From Hyphochytrium catenoides (taxonomy: Eukaryota > Protista > Hyphochytriomycota), in NCBI GenBank assembly GCA_900088475.1, contig FLMG01000120.1, positions 1 to 64,000 of the forward strand: a stretch of DNA of 64,000 nt. The letters run 5' to 3'. The position numbers and the translations under genes were made by a program. The notes under the pieces are model-generated. The model saw only the letters and a list, made by a program, of their open reading frames with translations. It had not been told where the DNA came from and did no database searches. Numbering within the stretch: position 1 is the stretch's first letter; each line of letters begins with the position of its first letter. Shown in pieces: positions 63,001 through 64,000 of the stretch.

Positions 63001-64000
63001 CATTGCGTCAATGTAGACAAGAGAGAAAAGGACCAGAAAGAAAGCCAGCAAGCCTGCTATTGTACAAGATAAGACAGAGAGGGAGACAGAAAGAGAGAGA
63101 GAGTATACCTCAAGCTTATGGGTTCCCCACTTGTGGCAGAAGAGCTGAGCTCTCAGCGAGGTGACAGGGAAGTGGGCCCTGACCCAGTGGAGAGAGCTCT
63201 GGACCTTCTCTCCCAGCTCCTGCAGCGTCTCTTCGCTAGCCCGAGCCGCTTGCCGGAGATCCTCGATTGGAGAGAGAGCAGAACCGTCCAGACCAGCCTG
63301 CCAAAGAAGAGGATGGTCAACATACACCAAAGGCAAAAGCAGGTGAGAGAGAGAAACAGAGAGAACGAGGCAAAAATGAACTCTGGCCCAAGAGAGAAGA
63401 GAGAGCCTAAAGAACAAGAGAGAGACTGAAGAACAAGAGAGAGACTAAAGGACAAGAGAGAGAGAAGATATTGAACATTGCCGCAGAAGAGTACAGGGAC
63501 TCTCACAGCGGCCGCGCGGCCTCTTGAAAAGAAAGACCTCTGACGACTAGCAGGAAAGCAAGGAATAGATTGATGGGAAACAGGTGGAGAGAGAGAAGAG
63601 ACAAAGAGAGGCCCGGACGATGTAAAGAGAAGTTTGGAAGGAGAAAGATAAGGAGGCAGCGGAGGTATGAAGGAAAGAGAGTAGACTCTTTTCTTCTTCT
63701 ACCTGTGCGATAGGTACTCCATAGTGTTGCACCTCTTGGAGGTGCTTCCTCGCCTTCTTCCGCGGCAGCTTTAGTTGACGCAGACGCCAATCTGCTCCCT
63801 CTCTCTTCTTTCTCTCTCTCTCTCTGTCTTCAACCTCGCTCTCACTCTCTCCGGGCACTTTGAGCCTCTCTGCCACCCTCGCTAGGCGGCGGTGGGCGTC
63901 CAGGGGCCGACAAAGATCTTCAAAGGAAATGAAGTCCTTTCCCTTCTTCCGTTCCGACAGCAACAGCGCCTGCATCTGATGTAACAACAGAGGACAAGAG
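55456..64000 (-). CDS. Giant multi-IQ-motif protein with ER/K single-alpha-helix tracts, internal 34-aa repeats and three C-terminal WW domains (5' end probably beyond the window)
   Basis: More than 10 IQ-like motifs (AAIELQRILRSF, AATKIQALIRG, AAIMIQRVVRG, AAMKIQSRFRG, AAQDIQRVGRG, AATRIQAGVRK, AAIRIQ|AAARG). WW domains: WIEYWD...YYFN...ASWTRP, GWVQTVD..G.PYWY, WIEYVD...YWYN..TGETQW. Introns are TC-rich. Confidence 0.8.
57850..58220 (-). repeat. Coding minisatellite, 102-bp (34-aa) unit, about 3.7 copies
   Basis: The anchor tcttccagagtg recurs at 57881, 57983, 58085 and 58187. The unit is SDSKRSKHSGRVK(D/E)EP(D/E)FEEKGK....K(T/S)S(G/S)AS. Confidence 0.95.

Overview
This is eukaryotic nuclear DNA from a gene-dense genome rich in short GT-AG introns. 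It is almost certainly a flagellated stramenopile: it carries a mitochondrion-targeted TPI-GAPDH fusion, a mitochondrion-targeted PGK, and genes resembling the centriole distal-appendage proteins CEP164 and CEP89. About 16 genes can be reconstructed by hand-splicing: a RING-finger protein, a P4-ATPase lipid flippase, an AK-DapDC-type aspartate kinase, ASH2L, CEP164-like, PLAC8, serine dehydratase, CEP89-like, AAR2, PHI-1/EXORDIUM-like, a GlpF/GIP-type aquaglyceroporin, a secreted Methyltransf_24-TPR protein, a TPD52/LEA-like protein, PGK, CUEDC2-like, TPI-GAPDH, and a giant multi-IQ/SAH/WW protein that runs off the right edge. The most novel-looking item is the P4-ATPase. After its G-F-(A) autoinhibitory tail motif it appears to continue, across a 45-N gap, into a DysF (dysferlin/Pex30/TECPR1-type) lipid-binding domain, suggesting a sensor-coupled flippase. 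Also notable are the mitochondrial glycolysis gene cluster with an intron exactly at the TPI/GAPDH junction, a DAPDC-less AK-DapDC-type kinase, an intronless island of possibly horizontally acquired genes (35.8-43.2 kb), and several intergenic tracts that look like decayed ORFs. No rRNA, tRNA, CRISPR or intact transposon was recognised. Family assignments come from motif recognition, not database searches, and multi-exon coordinates are hand-derived.
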